DNA of 62,240 bases, the filler included, from Choristocarpus tenellus KU-1152 (lineage: Eukaryota > Protista > Phaeophyceae), in the NCBI GenBank assembly GCA_964200185.2. It is 12 parts of 12 records of this genome, joined end to end, with 100 filler letters (N's around TTAATTAATTAA, not from the genome) between each part and the next. Parts side by side here need not be neighbours in the genome. Positions count along the whole stretch, not along the records: positions 1 to 12,277 come from CAXNAD020001894.1; positions 12,378 to 15,140 come from CAXNAD020024954.1; 10 more parts are not named here. One strand, written 5' to 3'. Each line of letters starts with the position of its first letter. The stretch's first letter is position 1. Of this stretch, positions 1 through 12,407 are shown in pieces. The position numbers and the translations under genes are program-made. The notes below the pieces were generated by a model. The model had not been told where the DNA came from. It made no database searches and saw only the letters and a list, made by a program, of their open reading frames with translations.

Positions 1-75
1 CTTGCCGAGGTCAAAGAGTGGGTGCGCGAACACACAGACAGGAAGAATGGGTGGGGAGACTTTTTCCCCTCCTAA
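1..75 (+). CDS. Possible 3' terminal exon fragment of an unknown upstream gene
   Basis: Open frame LAEVKEWVREHTDRKNGWGDFFPS* from the window start to TAA at 73-75; protein-like composition, no family recognised. Confidence 0.3.
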   Translation, partial: LAEVKEWVREHTDRKNGWGDFFPS

Positions 76-378
76 ACCCTATACTTTAATCAAGTAATGG
101 TGCATCTGTTGCCACTCTTGGTGACCTACATTCCAGGGTTCGAACCCCAATATGAGCAATCTTTCTTAAACAAGGAAATGGTGAGAAAAGAGAACGAAGC
201 CCGTACCCAGTGACGGGCATCACGAATATGCGTTTATTTTTTAATCCGATGTCTACATCAAAAGTTATGATGGGACAACCCCACTATACATGTTCTACAA
301 GTCCACCTATCAATTCAGTTTGGACTTCCCATGTGCACAGTAAAGATGTCTACAATATATATTATATATATATTATTA

Positions 379-725
379 TTATTATGCCCTCTGACATTTT
401 GTAGATGTTGTGTTAGAGGGGAAACAAACGAAAACTTTACACATTTATTATTATGCCCTCTGACATTTTGCAGATGTGTCAGGGGGGAAACCAATGAAAA
501 CTATATATATGTCGTTGTTAGCCCTAAAGAAATACACATTTCAGTGTAATCCCTAAAGAAATACAATATCACAAATGTGAAAAGTACTGATCTATTTGTA
601 TTATATTATTATGCCCTGTGACATTTTACAGATGTGTCGGGGGGAAAACAAATGAAAACTATACAAATGAAAACTATACATATTTCAGCGTAAGCCCTAA
701 GGAAATAAAATATCATAAATGTGAA
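379..725 (+). repeat. Degenerate tandem repeat, about 65-70 bp core (TTATTATGCCCTCTGACATTTT..AGATGT..GGGGAAAC.AA.GAAAACT) in 3 copies, plus duplicated CCCTAAAGAAATA blocks
   Basis: Core visible at ~379, ~446 and ~606. Confidence 0.75.
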
Positions 726-1405
726 GAACACCAATCAATCTTCTTGTTACACTTCACCGCGGTCAAAGTTGTTCTACTGCCTTCCTGTCTGTGCATATTA
801 AATCCTACACATTTTGTATTGTATTATTTTGTTTTAATAGTTAGAACTGTAAAACAGAAAATAATGTCAGAGGTGACAATAGTAAAAATAAAGATCTTTT
901 TTTGTGTAAAATATTTTATAGAGAATTTACATTAATAGTATAGGATACAAGATTCAAGTAGAGTGAATTAGAGAGGTATGTCCATGATGTGGCTGACGCA
1001 AATGTAAAACAAATATTGCTTCATGATTTACATAAAATGTTCTAACATGACTAACCCCATCGGCATCGCTTACTCAATATCACCCAGATCTTTAGCCACC
1101 ATTTTACAACCAAGCTCAAACATAACCCAGTCCATGTCCATCAACTGTTTCGATGTGCCTGGTCCCTAGATCGGCCCGTGCAAATTTGACCGACACCCTA
1201 TGAAAACTTTGACAATTACCATGATGAACCTTGATCTTTATTGGTGATACTGAAGAAAATAGGAAGTATCTTGTTTGGGCAAGGTATACATATACCTTTT
1301 TTTGTCCATGACACTACTCTTGAAGAAATCTTTGTTGAAGATCAATTGAACCCACTCTTCTCGAGTCTAATCCCAGCAATGTGTGCAACAACACGAGTTG
1401 GGACG

Positions 1406-4400
1406 ATGATGCCCCGTAGCACGCTTCAACTACTGGGTATATTGCTGCTCAATGTACGTGTGGATGCATGCTTAAAAATGCCACTCGTTCAAGCATAGAT
1501 GTATCGCCAATGTACTACAGACAATTTTGAAATTATGAAAATGTCTCATATCAATTGCCTTGAAAATCCAGGTTGAGCTCGCTTCTGGTTTCACACTTGG
1601 TGTGAGTCACAGACCGTCGATATGCAGGACAACCTCCAGTCTAGCCATAAGGGCCGATCTGGTACCAAGCCGCCGGACCATCTTCACGAATTTGGCTTCC
1701 ACTCCTGTCCTGGACTCTACTGAAGAGCCGGTCGAGCAACCTGAAGATTCCAAGCCAGAATCTGAAGGAAACGATGTGAATACGTCCACAGAGGATACCC
1801 CATCTACAGGCGGTGAAAATTCCAGTACTGATGTGTCTGAGGATAAGACGTCAACTAGTATAGAAGACTCAGAGGTAAATAGTGTATGTCTCTTCGTGCT
1901 TTCTTCTGTACCTATAGAACACAAGTAGAGTGGGAGGGATCGCGAAGATCAGTTAAGAGTGTACAGTAATTTGTTGGTAAGTCTCAATTGAGCTGTCAAT
2001 TATCCCTGTCAAATGCAACTTATTGCACTCGCAATAATGCCGAAGGTCTTCTGTGCCCATTTCTTCTTACTCAACGGTACTGCACATCATGCTTTCCTTG
2101 TGCTGCATATAGCATATCTGTTGTTGCGTGATACGATGCTATGTTTGCGGCTTGCCCTTACACCTCAACTCTTATACCTATGAATCCATAGTACAAGAGT
2201 CCCGATAACATCACCTTCCCCATTTATTGTCTGCGAATATCGGCACCCCAAACATTCGATCAGAAGGCAGATGCTGCACCCAAAGCTACAGTAGAGGATG
2301 GCAAGGGGGAGGTTGTGATGGACTTCAAGAAGTCATCGGATATTATGAAGGCAGCCCCAACAACCACTGTGGTGAGTTTCTAAAAAAATGTAAATGGAAT
2401 ATTTGTTTCCATGTTTACCTTAAAGCCTGCTATGTTCAATTATCCCCCGAATCAATTCTATAAATAGTGCAACGTACTACTCTAGATATGTGCATAGAGA
2501 ACTAGTTCAAAAGGAACAAACCCCTACCGCCTGGTTGAATGTGGTCAAGGAGGGTGCTATCCAGACGTTCTGTCCCAAAGTCTGCCTTCATAGTGAACAC
2601 AGATTCATCTCCTCTTTCTGATCTGCTCGTATGCACTCAGAAATCCTAACAATCTGTGTGTGATTCAGGGTTCAGATGTGGGAAAAGTGTTGAAATGCGT
2701 GCAGATATGCACATCCATCTATCTTTGGTGGATCAATAGGGAACTTGGCAAAAAACCGTTGTCAAATTTGAACTAGTGAAGTGGTGAAATATACTGTCTC
2801 AATCGTTTCTCCTCTCAATGTCTTCCATTGGCAGGTAGTAACAGGTGCATCTGGACGTGTGGGTCAACTAACAATTAGACGTATACTTGAGATGTATCCA
2901 TGGGTGCTTGTCAGAGCTGTTGGACCTAGCAAAGCCAAGGTGAAAAAAACCATCAGTGCAGAGATTGTGGACTACATGGACAGGATTGAGGTGAGGAACG
3001 AGATTGGTGATACTTTGTGTAGTCCTCAAACCTGAAGGGTCTTGATTCCTCTTACTGCATTGACCTGCAACAAACATCATGGGTGTGTTGGGGCTAACAC
3101 TGATATTTGTCAGGAATCACACTCAACACATTCATATTTACACTACAAATCTGTGAATATACCTCTGTACCTATTGCCACGATGAAGAAAGATGATGTCT
3201 TCTGTTGCGGTAACTGTGTACCACTAGGTCTTTCATTGATGTAGGTACACCTATCAAGTTGATGATCTTTCGAGTATTAGATTGGTGCAGTTTATGTTGG
3301 CTGATCTGTCTGGTGAGCTTATTTCCTTCTGTTGCCTATGCAGCATTCAACGACATCAATGATCCTTGACTTTTGTGGACAATCAAATCTGCTTCGTTTG
3401 TTTGGACTGTTGAGTGGAAAGGGTTAGGGTTGTAACAATAAGGGGGTTAGATGTTGGTAATCAAGAGCACCGCATGCCGTCCTCACAAGCATATGCTGCC
3501 CACGCAACTTTCCAGACTGAAGTGTACTGCAGCGCTTTGAAATGAAAATAACTGGTAAGGCGTTGTCTGCCAAGGACATTATTACTGAGAAGGGAAGTGC
3601 CTCTTCCTGTTGTTTTTTTGTTGTGGTTGTGGAAGGTTGTTGGTGCAGACCTCAAGGAGAAGGCGGCGGTAAGCAAGGTGGTCAAAGGTGCCTCGGCCAT
3701 TGTCTGGTGTGCCACAGGCTTTGCTGGAAACTCTGATCTCATTGAGAGGTGAGACATAGCATACTCCGATGTGAAAAACTCACGTAGTACAGTACATAGA
3801 AGATTTATCCTGGAATTAGAAGTCTGTGTGATACATTAAGAGTCCGTGGCTTCGACCCCCTTACAAACAACGTCCAGCTTAGCCTTTGTTGCTTTAGTTT
3901 GTCAGTACTTTGAGTAATGTAAGGAGCAATCTTTGTTCACTATTCACTATGTGGATCAGAGCGACTGAACAGCACAATCCAAAGGGACATTTTTTGTCAG
4001 GATAATTAGGGAACTTGACGAATAGCCTTTCGGTTGCATTAAGGGTTCCTAACCGTAGCGTTGCTTGTTTGCACATTGATGAGTGCAAATGAGCTGTCTA
4101 GGGGTTAGGGTAAGAGAGCATGTGTTGTGTTGTTAATCCATTTTGTAAACACATTTGGGCTGGTGCATGGGTAAACACAACGTTGCCATATCTCCATGTT
4201 ATTTGGCTTGACCCTCCCTGCCACTTTACAAACCCAGGTTGATCTTTCTTCGTCATCTACAATAGAAACATCGCATTCTTGGAGGTGGAAACCCACTTGT
4301 ATAGGACACTTGTATAGGACATCATATTTTTGTTTTTGTTGTTTGTCCCCATAGAGATTTGTGTACGTCGTTTTGGGTCAGAATGGGCTAAGGCACACCA

Positions 4401-7400
4401 AGTAACTGTTTTTAACATCTGGCATGTCCCTGATATTTCAGTGCACTAGTAGCCTTGCTATTTCTGAGTTGTACATCACTGGCCTCTCAAAGGGAGTAGT
4501 TCGTTACTGTGGCATGCAGAAGACTTTGAATAGCAAGTGTTTACCTCAAGACTTGACCATTGCCCAAAATAAATGTCTACTGTGAGTTATGTGTCGGCTT
4601 CCAACCACTTGAATCATTCGAGAACGATATCCTTGGTCCATGTTGCTAAATTTTTTTTATCACCTCTTGAATGTGACATAGGGTACAGATCAAGAATGCA
4701 ACTGTTTCACTGTCTTTCCTTTCACACACCTGTACATATCATGAGCAACCGCACACCCCACCCCTACTGTGACCCATTTCATTTCATGCCTCTCTCACCC
4801 TAACCCTAAGGTTTAAGTTTCTTGTACGGATGGCGTTTAATGCCAAGAACATTGAGGAGATCATAGGGGTGAGGTACGCTGCAGAGGCCCTGCACGAAGA
4901 GACCAAGACCAAACCTGGAGAGGAGGAGGAGGAGGAGGACTCAAAGGATTCAAAGGAGGACAGCGAAGTGAGTGAGGAGGGCAAGGTTCTAAATGAGGGA
5001 AACAAAAGCCCTCCTCTTGCACCTGGCGCTCCAAGGTGGGTATATCTTGCCCAAGTAGTTGATGATGGAATCTATTGTTAACACTCACTCAGTTTATAAC
5101 AGTATCCAGATATGAGCAAGAGTAGATACAAAGAGTAAGAGTAGGTAGATATATGGTATGTCATCGAGAACAGCCGTCATTGGGGTGCAGTTGGTACATG
5201 GTTTATGTTGGAAATGGAGAGTCACTCGGAAATTTCAGGGAAAGCGAATGCCAAGATGGTTTGCACTCTGTAGCATAGGGGGGTAACATAGAGGGGTAAC
5301 ATAGGAATATAATAGTAATATAGTGCCAAGTAGCGTGGAAATCTTTTGGTGCAAATTGCACTGTGCCAACATGCCAATGTCCATGCCCTGTGACTGTGAC
5401 TGTGACTGTTACTTTTGTGCCTTTGAGATGTGATATATTGCAAACTTTTTATGAGAGACCAACCCTAACCCTAAGTTTATTTAAGACCCCGCCATTTCCA
5501 AAACACTACGAATGGAGTGGTGTAATTAATAGGTTTGAAAAATGTCAAGTTCAGATGACAATGTCCTTGGATCATGTCAATGTGTGCAGTTTGTGGTTGA
5601 AGTGTGTCAGTGAGGTTGTGGTAGGGTTAGGGTGTCTTGACCAGGTGCACAGTGCTGTATACCATATTGGTCAACCCCACATCTCATGGCCCATGCATGT
5701 GTCTCAATGCATGTGTCTCACATGTTTGACTCCTATCACAACCATAAGATGGCAGTGGCAGCATTAGCAAAACATGATGTTGAATGTAATTAAGAATTTT
5801 TGTAAATCAAGTGTGTTTGTGTGTGAGAGTGTGTAATTCACATCAATGCGCATGAGAGGAGATTAGAAGAGCAGTAGACCTGACTCCCAGGATGTCATGT
5901 CAGCACTCCGTAGTTGACACTCATGTGTTCTTGTGTGTGTGTGTGTGTGTGTCATTGATGCCAGGTTTGTTCTGCTTTCCAGTGCTGCAGTGACACGACC
6001 TGGTTGGAGCACTGATGACAAGTACAAATATGCTGAGGTGAGTGCTGCTTTGAAGGTAAAGAATCTTGTGCTGCTCTTTTCCATCCCAGAGTGTAAGTGA
6101 TAGGGTTACTGCATGCATTATGTATGTATGTTCTCTATGTAGTACTACATCACTGTCTTCCTCTTGTATTTCCAACATACATGTGTCACAGCTACAATGG
6201 GGTGGAGTAGATTTGTGTATTGGGTCAGTGTAGACTATTCTGTACAAAGTGCAATGTGATTGGAGTATAATAAGTACAATATATAATATGTACAGTTCAC
6301 TGGTTTTTAGTCCAGATTATTGTATCAAATGCCTCAAGTAAGGCATTAGTGGATTGATTAGATCATTGTTGTTTTTTATGTGAAAGTAGGGGAGTCTATC
6401 CATGAAACTAACTGTACTATATTGGTAGGACACTTTACAATACATCTGCTACACTTCATGTTCTGTGTTATTGTATTTATGCACATTCGCACTGATTGTC
6501 TCTGGATTAGGTGACTTGAGGTTGATTGGCAAGTTTTTGGTCAAGACAGGGGTCGACACACCTCTCAGTAGCACTAATATCCCAATAGTATGTATCGAAA
6601 TACTTGAGAGCATCCAGCAACGTGCAGTGTTGACTGCTGTGGACTTGCTTATTTTGACACCTCAAAGCTCTAGGTCTCACTCTGCTATTATGCATATGTG
6701 TACTGAATAATTCATTAAGCTTCTAGAACCACTGAAGTCCTTGAGAATCTAAAGCTCTATGATTGGGGGTCACGATGGGTTTTTTTTTTTTTTTTTTCAG
6801 GCGGCAGAAGTTCCTATTGTCAAACTCAACCCATCAAACATATTAGGCATCAAAGCTGAGGGTGAGGAGGAGCTAAGACAGGCAAGAAGTAAAACCATAA
6901 CTTAATCCTTCAATAGAGCAACTTCACTTGACTAGAAAGTATAGGGGTCAGGGTTAGGGATAGGTGTGTAATAGCTTGGGGAACACAACCCAACACCTGA
7001 CAGTGCTATTTTGATACCAAATGCGCTGAAGCTGGCCCTAACCCATAATTTAGGGCTTATCGATCAGACTTAGGAGTACTACATGCCACACAGAAATTAA
7101 TATGATGACTAGTATGCAGTCATGATGGGTATTATGGACGTTTGTGTTTTGTGACTGCAAGGCGTGCTCTGTGTTTTTTTGTCGACTCCTGTAAGTTTCC
7201 TTTTGAGGTAGTGAGTGTTGTAATTGTGTGGGCTACTGCTGAAGAGTGTTACATAGGCTACATAGGTTACATCTCTACTGCTAATGAGTGTTACATAGGC
7301 TACATAGGTTACATCGCTACTGCTAATGAGTGTTACATAGGCTACATAGGTTACATCTCTTATGAAGGTGATTGGTGTTTGATACAGTGCATTTGGACAA

Positions 7401-9419
7401 TGTAATTTTACCTGGAGGCAAGACATGATGGAATAGAACACGAGAACATCGACATGCTACTGTTGGGAAGCTAGAACGCAAACATTGTATCCACATCCAT
7501 TAGCAGCATGTCCTTCAAGAGCACTTCAACACAGAGTACTTCTAAAGCCTTTCTGCAGCTGTTGTTCCACGATTTTATCTGACAATCCTTGTGTTTGACA
7601 TGTATCCTCAGTCCAATCTACCCTATGCGGTGGTTAGACCATGTGGTCTCAACGATGATCATCCTCCTGGTCGACCTATTTTCAGCTGTGGAGACTTGGC
7701 GTCTGGGAGAATATCGAGGTGATGTTCATAATACTCCTTCCCCTGCTAGTTTAGTCTCAAGTTGTGGTTCAAATGCTCAAATTGATACTCTTTGCAGAAA
7801 GCTAGAATATCGGTGCTGGACAAAGCAGTGCCTGTAAACATCCCCTCTCAATCGGTGGTGTAATATAATCCAATACAATTCAGTATAATCCAATTCAATT
7901 CAGAATAAGATAAGTATCCTTGAAGGCAAATTTGCTGAGGATTGATTTCATGTTGAAGGCTCCTAAGCTGTGGTACAGAAAACGTATTTTCACTATCATG
8001 AAATGCATCTTTTGGTCCATGTATGCACGAGCTATGTATTTACCATCTATTTCAGAATTTATTTATTTATATCAAGTAACTGTCACAAATTTATCGGTGT
8101 AGCATGGTACCGGCTATGCACACCTTGTGTATCCTCAATACCAAGTACCTGGTAGTATATACTACCATTGTTGGTTGGAACCAGTGTTCAAATTGAGTAC
8201 CTTACCTTCACAGGTACGATGTGGCAGCCGTGTTGGCCCAATGTCTTGCTACACCGCAGGCCACAGGCAAGACTTTTGAAGTTCTAACAATGGCTGGACT
8301 TCCAAAGGTCAGTGGAAGCGTCCTCAACTTGCAACATTACTTTTTGTCAATAGAAGATTGATACTGTGTGCAGCACATGAAGCTTTCCTGTTGGTATTGA
8401 GGAGTTGACACAGTACAGTAAGGGTTGTGCTGGAGATAGCGTATCAACATGATTTTTCTCTACATTTCAAATAAAACAACACTATTGCTTGCAACAACTC
8501 TTTATTCAAACAAAAGTGACCGTGCCACAAGTTGAAAGATGGGTCTTATTTGATGAGTTGTTTGATTGAGAGGTAGTGAAGTCCGGTATGATGTTGTCAT
8601 TGTTCTACAAAAAAAATGATAATATTGATATTTTTGAAGTAGTAGAAAGCACTAAGTCATGTAAACAAGCTTAGTGGTTGCAAGAGGAATTTTTTGTAGT
8701 ATTGATAGTACAATTTGTACCAGGAGGGGTGGGATGCGGTAATAAGAGTAAGGATTTAGGTGAACAGAAGGTAGGTTTATGTATATTTCTATGTCTTGCA
8801 TTGAAATGAGTCAAAAAGGTCCACTCACTCTGCAACCTTCTAACCTCTTGATATTTTTATTCTTGTGAGTATAAATTTGGATAGCAGCAATAGTTCCATA
8901 TTATGTCATGTTCCCTCTTGAGGTACTGAGAGTACTGCTACCAGAGTATATACTAAGTTTTGTGGGGTCAAAGTCTCGTTGCATGTTACAACCAGGAAGG
9001 TGTTGTAGTGAACATCATTTACGATACTCAACACTTTAAAGTTATGAAGACATACTACTGAGTCTATTCAGGGCCTCAAGTAACCCACAAAGTGCCTGTC
9101 TTACTTTCAAAAGTGGTGACAATATTTTTATTTTTCAAAGTGGTAGGTATGGTACAGATTCGATAACGCTACTAGAGGACTGTGAGAATTGATTTATGTA
9201 CTCAACCTTTTTCCAATGTTACTTTGCAAGGTACCTGATGCTGATGGTGGGATTCAAGAGGCGTTATCAAGGCTACCAACAGACAAGGCCTTAGAAGAAG
9301 CACCCTCCAAACTCAGGGAGATTAAAGAAAATACCTACTCCCTCCTCTTGCAGCTACGGCCTTTGCCCCCATCACAGAAGCCAACGCCCAGTAAGGCACT
9401 TCCAGGGCCCAAGAAGTGA
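1406..9419 (+). CDS. Plastid-targeted TIC62-like / atypical SDR NAD(P)-binding Rossmann protein (NAD_binding_10 family), 11 exons, complete
   Basis: Phase-consistent exons 1406-1453, 1572-1874, 2264(or 2267)-2371, 2835-2990, 3636-3748, 4811-5035, 5965-6037, 6801-6881, 7612-7718, 8214-8307, 9231-9419(TGA). Motifs: VVTGASGRVG (Rossmann GxxGxxG), IVWCATG, FVLLSSAAVT, IKAEGEEELRQSNLPYAVVRPCGLND, GRISRYDVA, ATGKTFEV. N-terminus MMPRSTLQLLGILLLNVELASG|FTL is a signal peptide plus ASAFAP-like heterokont plastid motif. Confidence 0.88.
7244..7360 (+). repeat. 42-bp tandem repeat, about 2.8 copies (GAGTGTTACATAGGCTACATAGGTTACATCTCTACTGCTAAT), intronic
   Basis: Direct repeats visible in sequence. Confidence 0.9.
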
Positions 9420-11199
9420 AGAGATAATACATGTGGAAGATGGCAGTCCCACGTTGGAGACTTTAAGAGAGTGACCAACCTTTCGTTTTGTTTAGATTGA
9501 GGCATGGGTTTTAGCAATTGATGACATCAGTTTTTCCTGGAATACGAACCAGACTTTTGTGTTCCATGTCCCTATCTTATAGCAATACTTTGCTTGTTGG
9601 CATGTACTGCTTTCTTTTTCCACCAACAATCTCTGTGAGGTGAGTGTCCCATTCAGGAGATATTTTCTAAAGGGGATGAAAGGGGACAGAGAAGAGGGTT
9701 TTTCGAGGTACAACTCTTATAAAGTTGAGCCAACTCTCTCCTATGCTTGAATGCCGTTTGCAGGTGATTAGGTTTCATACGAGAAATAGCAAAGTGAGGT
9801 GTCAGCTGTGATATGTTTTTTGCCAATGTATAGGCTGTGTAGATATTTGCTGGTGTGTTCTTGAACAGTGGCGGGTGCAATATACATTGGAGAGGTTTGA
9901 GGTAAGGGCTGTCATTAGTAGTGGTGATGTGCATGACGCAGGGGTGTAGTAATGCCTTTAGATGGAAGGGTTGGGTGTGTGGAAAAGTAGATCATGAGCT
10001 GTACTAAGTGCGTAGAGAAGCGTTTCGTTGCCCATCTGATGTTTGTCAATAGGTAGATAATCTCCCTTTGCATGTTGGTATAGCAGAAAAGAGATAAATT
10101 AGTGATGGAATGGGGTCATGATTGAAAAGTCTTCTAGGCACGGAACACATGTTGGGAGAGTAGCAGCTTGTGGTCTACAATTCGAGGCACACTCAACAAT
10201 TGTATAGGATTAAAGTGAGAAAGCTAGTAGGCACGATGGTATGGGGTAATCTTCTTGTGTGTTGCTGGGGTGAGGTCATAGGATGATTGTAGACAGGAAA
10301 TGGGAATCGTGCTTTTGACAAGAAATTAGGTGCATCATATGCTTCTACTCAATAACATCAATAACATAGTAAACATTTCAAGGGAAAGGAGAAAAGAAGA
10401 GTGTTACTACTGTGTGGGTCGGTGTAGTAGGGGCAAAGTAAGGGAGAGGAGGATGACATTAAGGCGTGCAAATGCTCCAACTCTACTCATTGTATACCTA
10501 GATCAAGCAGTAAATCGATGAGGTGCTTTGTTTTTGTGTACTGAAATAATAAGAAATGTTTTAAGTAAAACGAAAGCAAAGGCCATCACACAATAACACC
10601 TAAGGCAGTACTTCATTCAAATAGGATGACAGGCATATACATAATCAACTACTCCGGAGTATTTACTAATACTGTTCTGGTGGTATACCAAGGTAGAAGG
10701 AAGTAACACTGTAGTGACAAAAAATACTCTGGGATGTATGGATACGTATGTGCAACTGTCCATCGTATCTGATTGTCATGTGCTTCATGAACCTTGCCTG
10801 CATTTGTCTATCCGGTGTTAGTATTAGGTTAATTTTTGCAATAAAGTCACCAAATCATGTTGTGAAATTAGTAATATGTGGTGTGGAATTCTTTCATGCT
10901 CCTTGTTGCCTTCTTTCAACCACTTCGACTTCAGGTTCAAGACCTCTCACACTGATGTTAATGCAACAATAATATTTGGTGTACTGTTTGTACGTACTAT
11001 TAATGTTACTAGTACCATATTATACATTATGCCCAGACTAACTACTATTTGAACCTAAGTTCTATGGCAATACTCTCTCAAAGGTTGGTAATTTCAATAT
11101 TATGTTATACTATTGCTATTTTTCGACCCTAACTTAGCTCTATACCGGTGGGTGAGGAGCTAGGGAAGTATACTAACAATTTGCAGGTCCCTTTGTGCC

Positions 11200-11715
11200 C
11201 ATCTGCCTCGTGTCTCGAGCTTGAAATTGATGAAGTGTCTACAGAGAGCCATTTGCGTAGTGACCAATATTATTTGCCGTAAACGGGATTTGGCAGCCCC
11301 TTAACCGCTGTAACCTCCCTCCCCTCTGCCCCCTCCCATATGTGTAGCCAACTCATCCGGAAACTTTCTGCTTGCTTGCAGAGGCGCCCAAAACGTTCAA
11401 CTACCAATGTGTTAAGGTTAAAACTACGGTTCATAGTGGGTGTGCTTTCGCGCCTCAGCTGCAGCAGCAGCTACACTATTGCTGGTGGATGGGTGTGGTA
11501 GATGGGATCCTGCTTGCACGTCCGCAACATCAAGAGGGAGGCCTTTGCCCTGGTAGAGAGCTGATCCAGTGTCCGTAAGTGCCCCAAGATAAAACACCAC
11601 ATCCATTCGGAAATCCCTGTCCACTATGAATGGGCTACCATCCTGCACAGTGCAAGGGATGTCCATTCCCTTGCAGAGTTGAGCTAGACGCTTAACTATC
11701 GGTGTATTAAAAGCG
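11200..11715 (-). mobile_element. Degenerate 5'-truncated CRE-like non-LTR retrotransposon; C-terminal restriction-like endonuclease region
   Basis: Minus-strand translation with frameshifts: DGSPF..RMDVV..G.L.D....YQGK.LPLDVADVQAGSHL..AAAEARKHTHY..SFNLNTLVVERFGRL..DELATHMGG..KG..RLRQIILVTTQMALCR. This matches the RLE (PD-D/ExK-like) C-terminus of CRE-type elements as I recall them from brown algae. Confidence 0.65.
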
Positions 11716-12182
11716 TTCTTGGATTTTTTTTCGTTGCTCCTATTGTTCTTACAACATTGTAAACTTCAGTCTATGGAACAAAAGATGTTTGTGTACAGTA
11801 TCTATTTATATATGTGTGCGTGTACAGTCAGTCGTTGAGAGGGAGCTGCCATTAGGAATGAGAGGTGAGCAGGCACATCCATCCAGGTATCACACAAGCA
11901 TCAAAGGTATTGTGAGTGCATGTTCATGTCAGAAAGAAGCATGGTTAAAACGCATGACTGGCTAGCGGATGAGTGAAAGTATCTTAGAGGGTACAAGTTT
12001 TGCCCTGTTTGTCCGTTTGGGGCTTGGCTTCCCACGGGTTCTTTATGACATTTTCCTACTCCCGAAATGTATTAGAGTAGGTAAAATGTGTACGTTTTAA
12101 AAAGAGGTGTCCGGAACAAGGATATTGACACTACCTAACAAACATGATAGCCAAAATCACATCAAAATCGCAACATTGGATT

Positions 12183-12277
12183 GGCTCAAAGTATCTGGGG
12201 GGGGGGGGGGGGGGGCCATTGGGGGCAATTTTTTTAAACACGCACTTTTGGTTGGTCTTTTTTCTGACTGTTTGCCC
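12183..12277. mobile_element. MITE family 1 terminus (TIR GGCTCAAAGTATCTG + poly-G), truncated at contig end
   Basis: Same TIR as at 14962, 35785, 36377, 51973 and others. Confidence 0.75.
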
Positions 12278-12377
12278 NNNNNNNNNNNNNNNNNNNNNNN
12301 NNNNNNNNNNNNNNNNNNNNNTTAATTAATTAANNNNNNNNNNNNNNNNNNNNNNNNNNNNNNNNNNNNNNNNNNNN
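12278..12377. other. Artificial contig linker N44-TTAATTAATTAA-N44. Also at 15141-15240, 22396-22495, 25189-25288, 32004-32103, 36955-37054, 39712-39811, 48088-48187, 51707-51806, 55688-55787, 58991-59090
   Basis: Identical 100-nt spacer with stop codons in all six frames, occurring 11 times. Confidence 0.97.
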
Positions 12378-12407
12378 GTGTAGACCCCCCCCCAGGTACT
12401 TTGGGTC
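12378..12407. mobile_element. MITE family 1 terminus (GTAGAC-poly-C-AGGTACTTTGGGTC), at contig start
   Basis: Reverse complement of the terminus at 55647. Confidence 0.7.

Noticed and set aside
9492-10330. Decayed minus-strand ORF remnants, possibly a LINE
   Set aside because: No recognisable motif; too many stops and frameshifts to call
12183-12407. One MITE spanning the linker (likewise 55647-55891), implying true adjacency of contigs
   Set aside because: Flanking triplets do not match (ATT vs CAC; GAT vs TCA), so adjacency is unsupported
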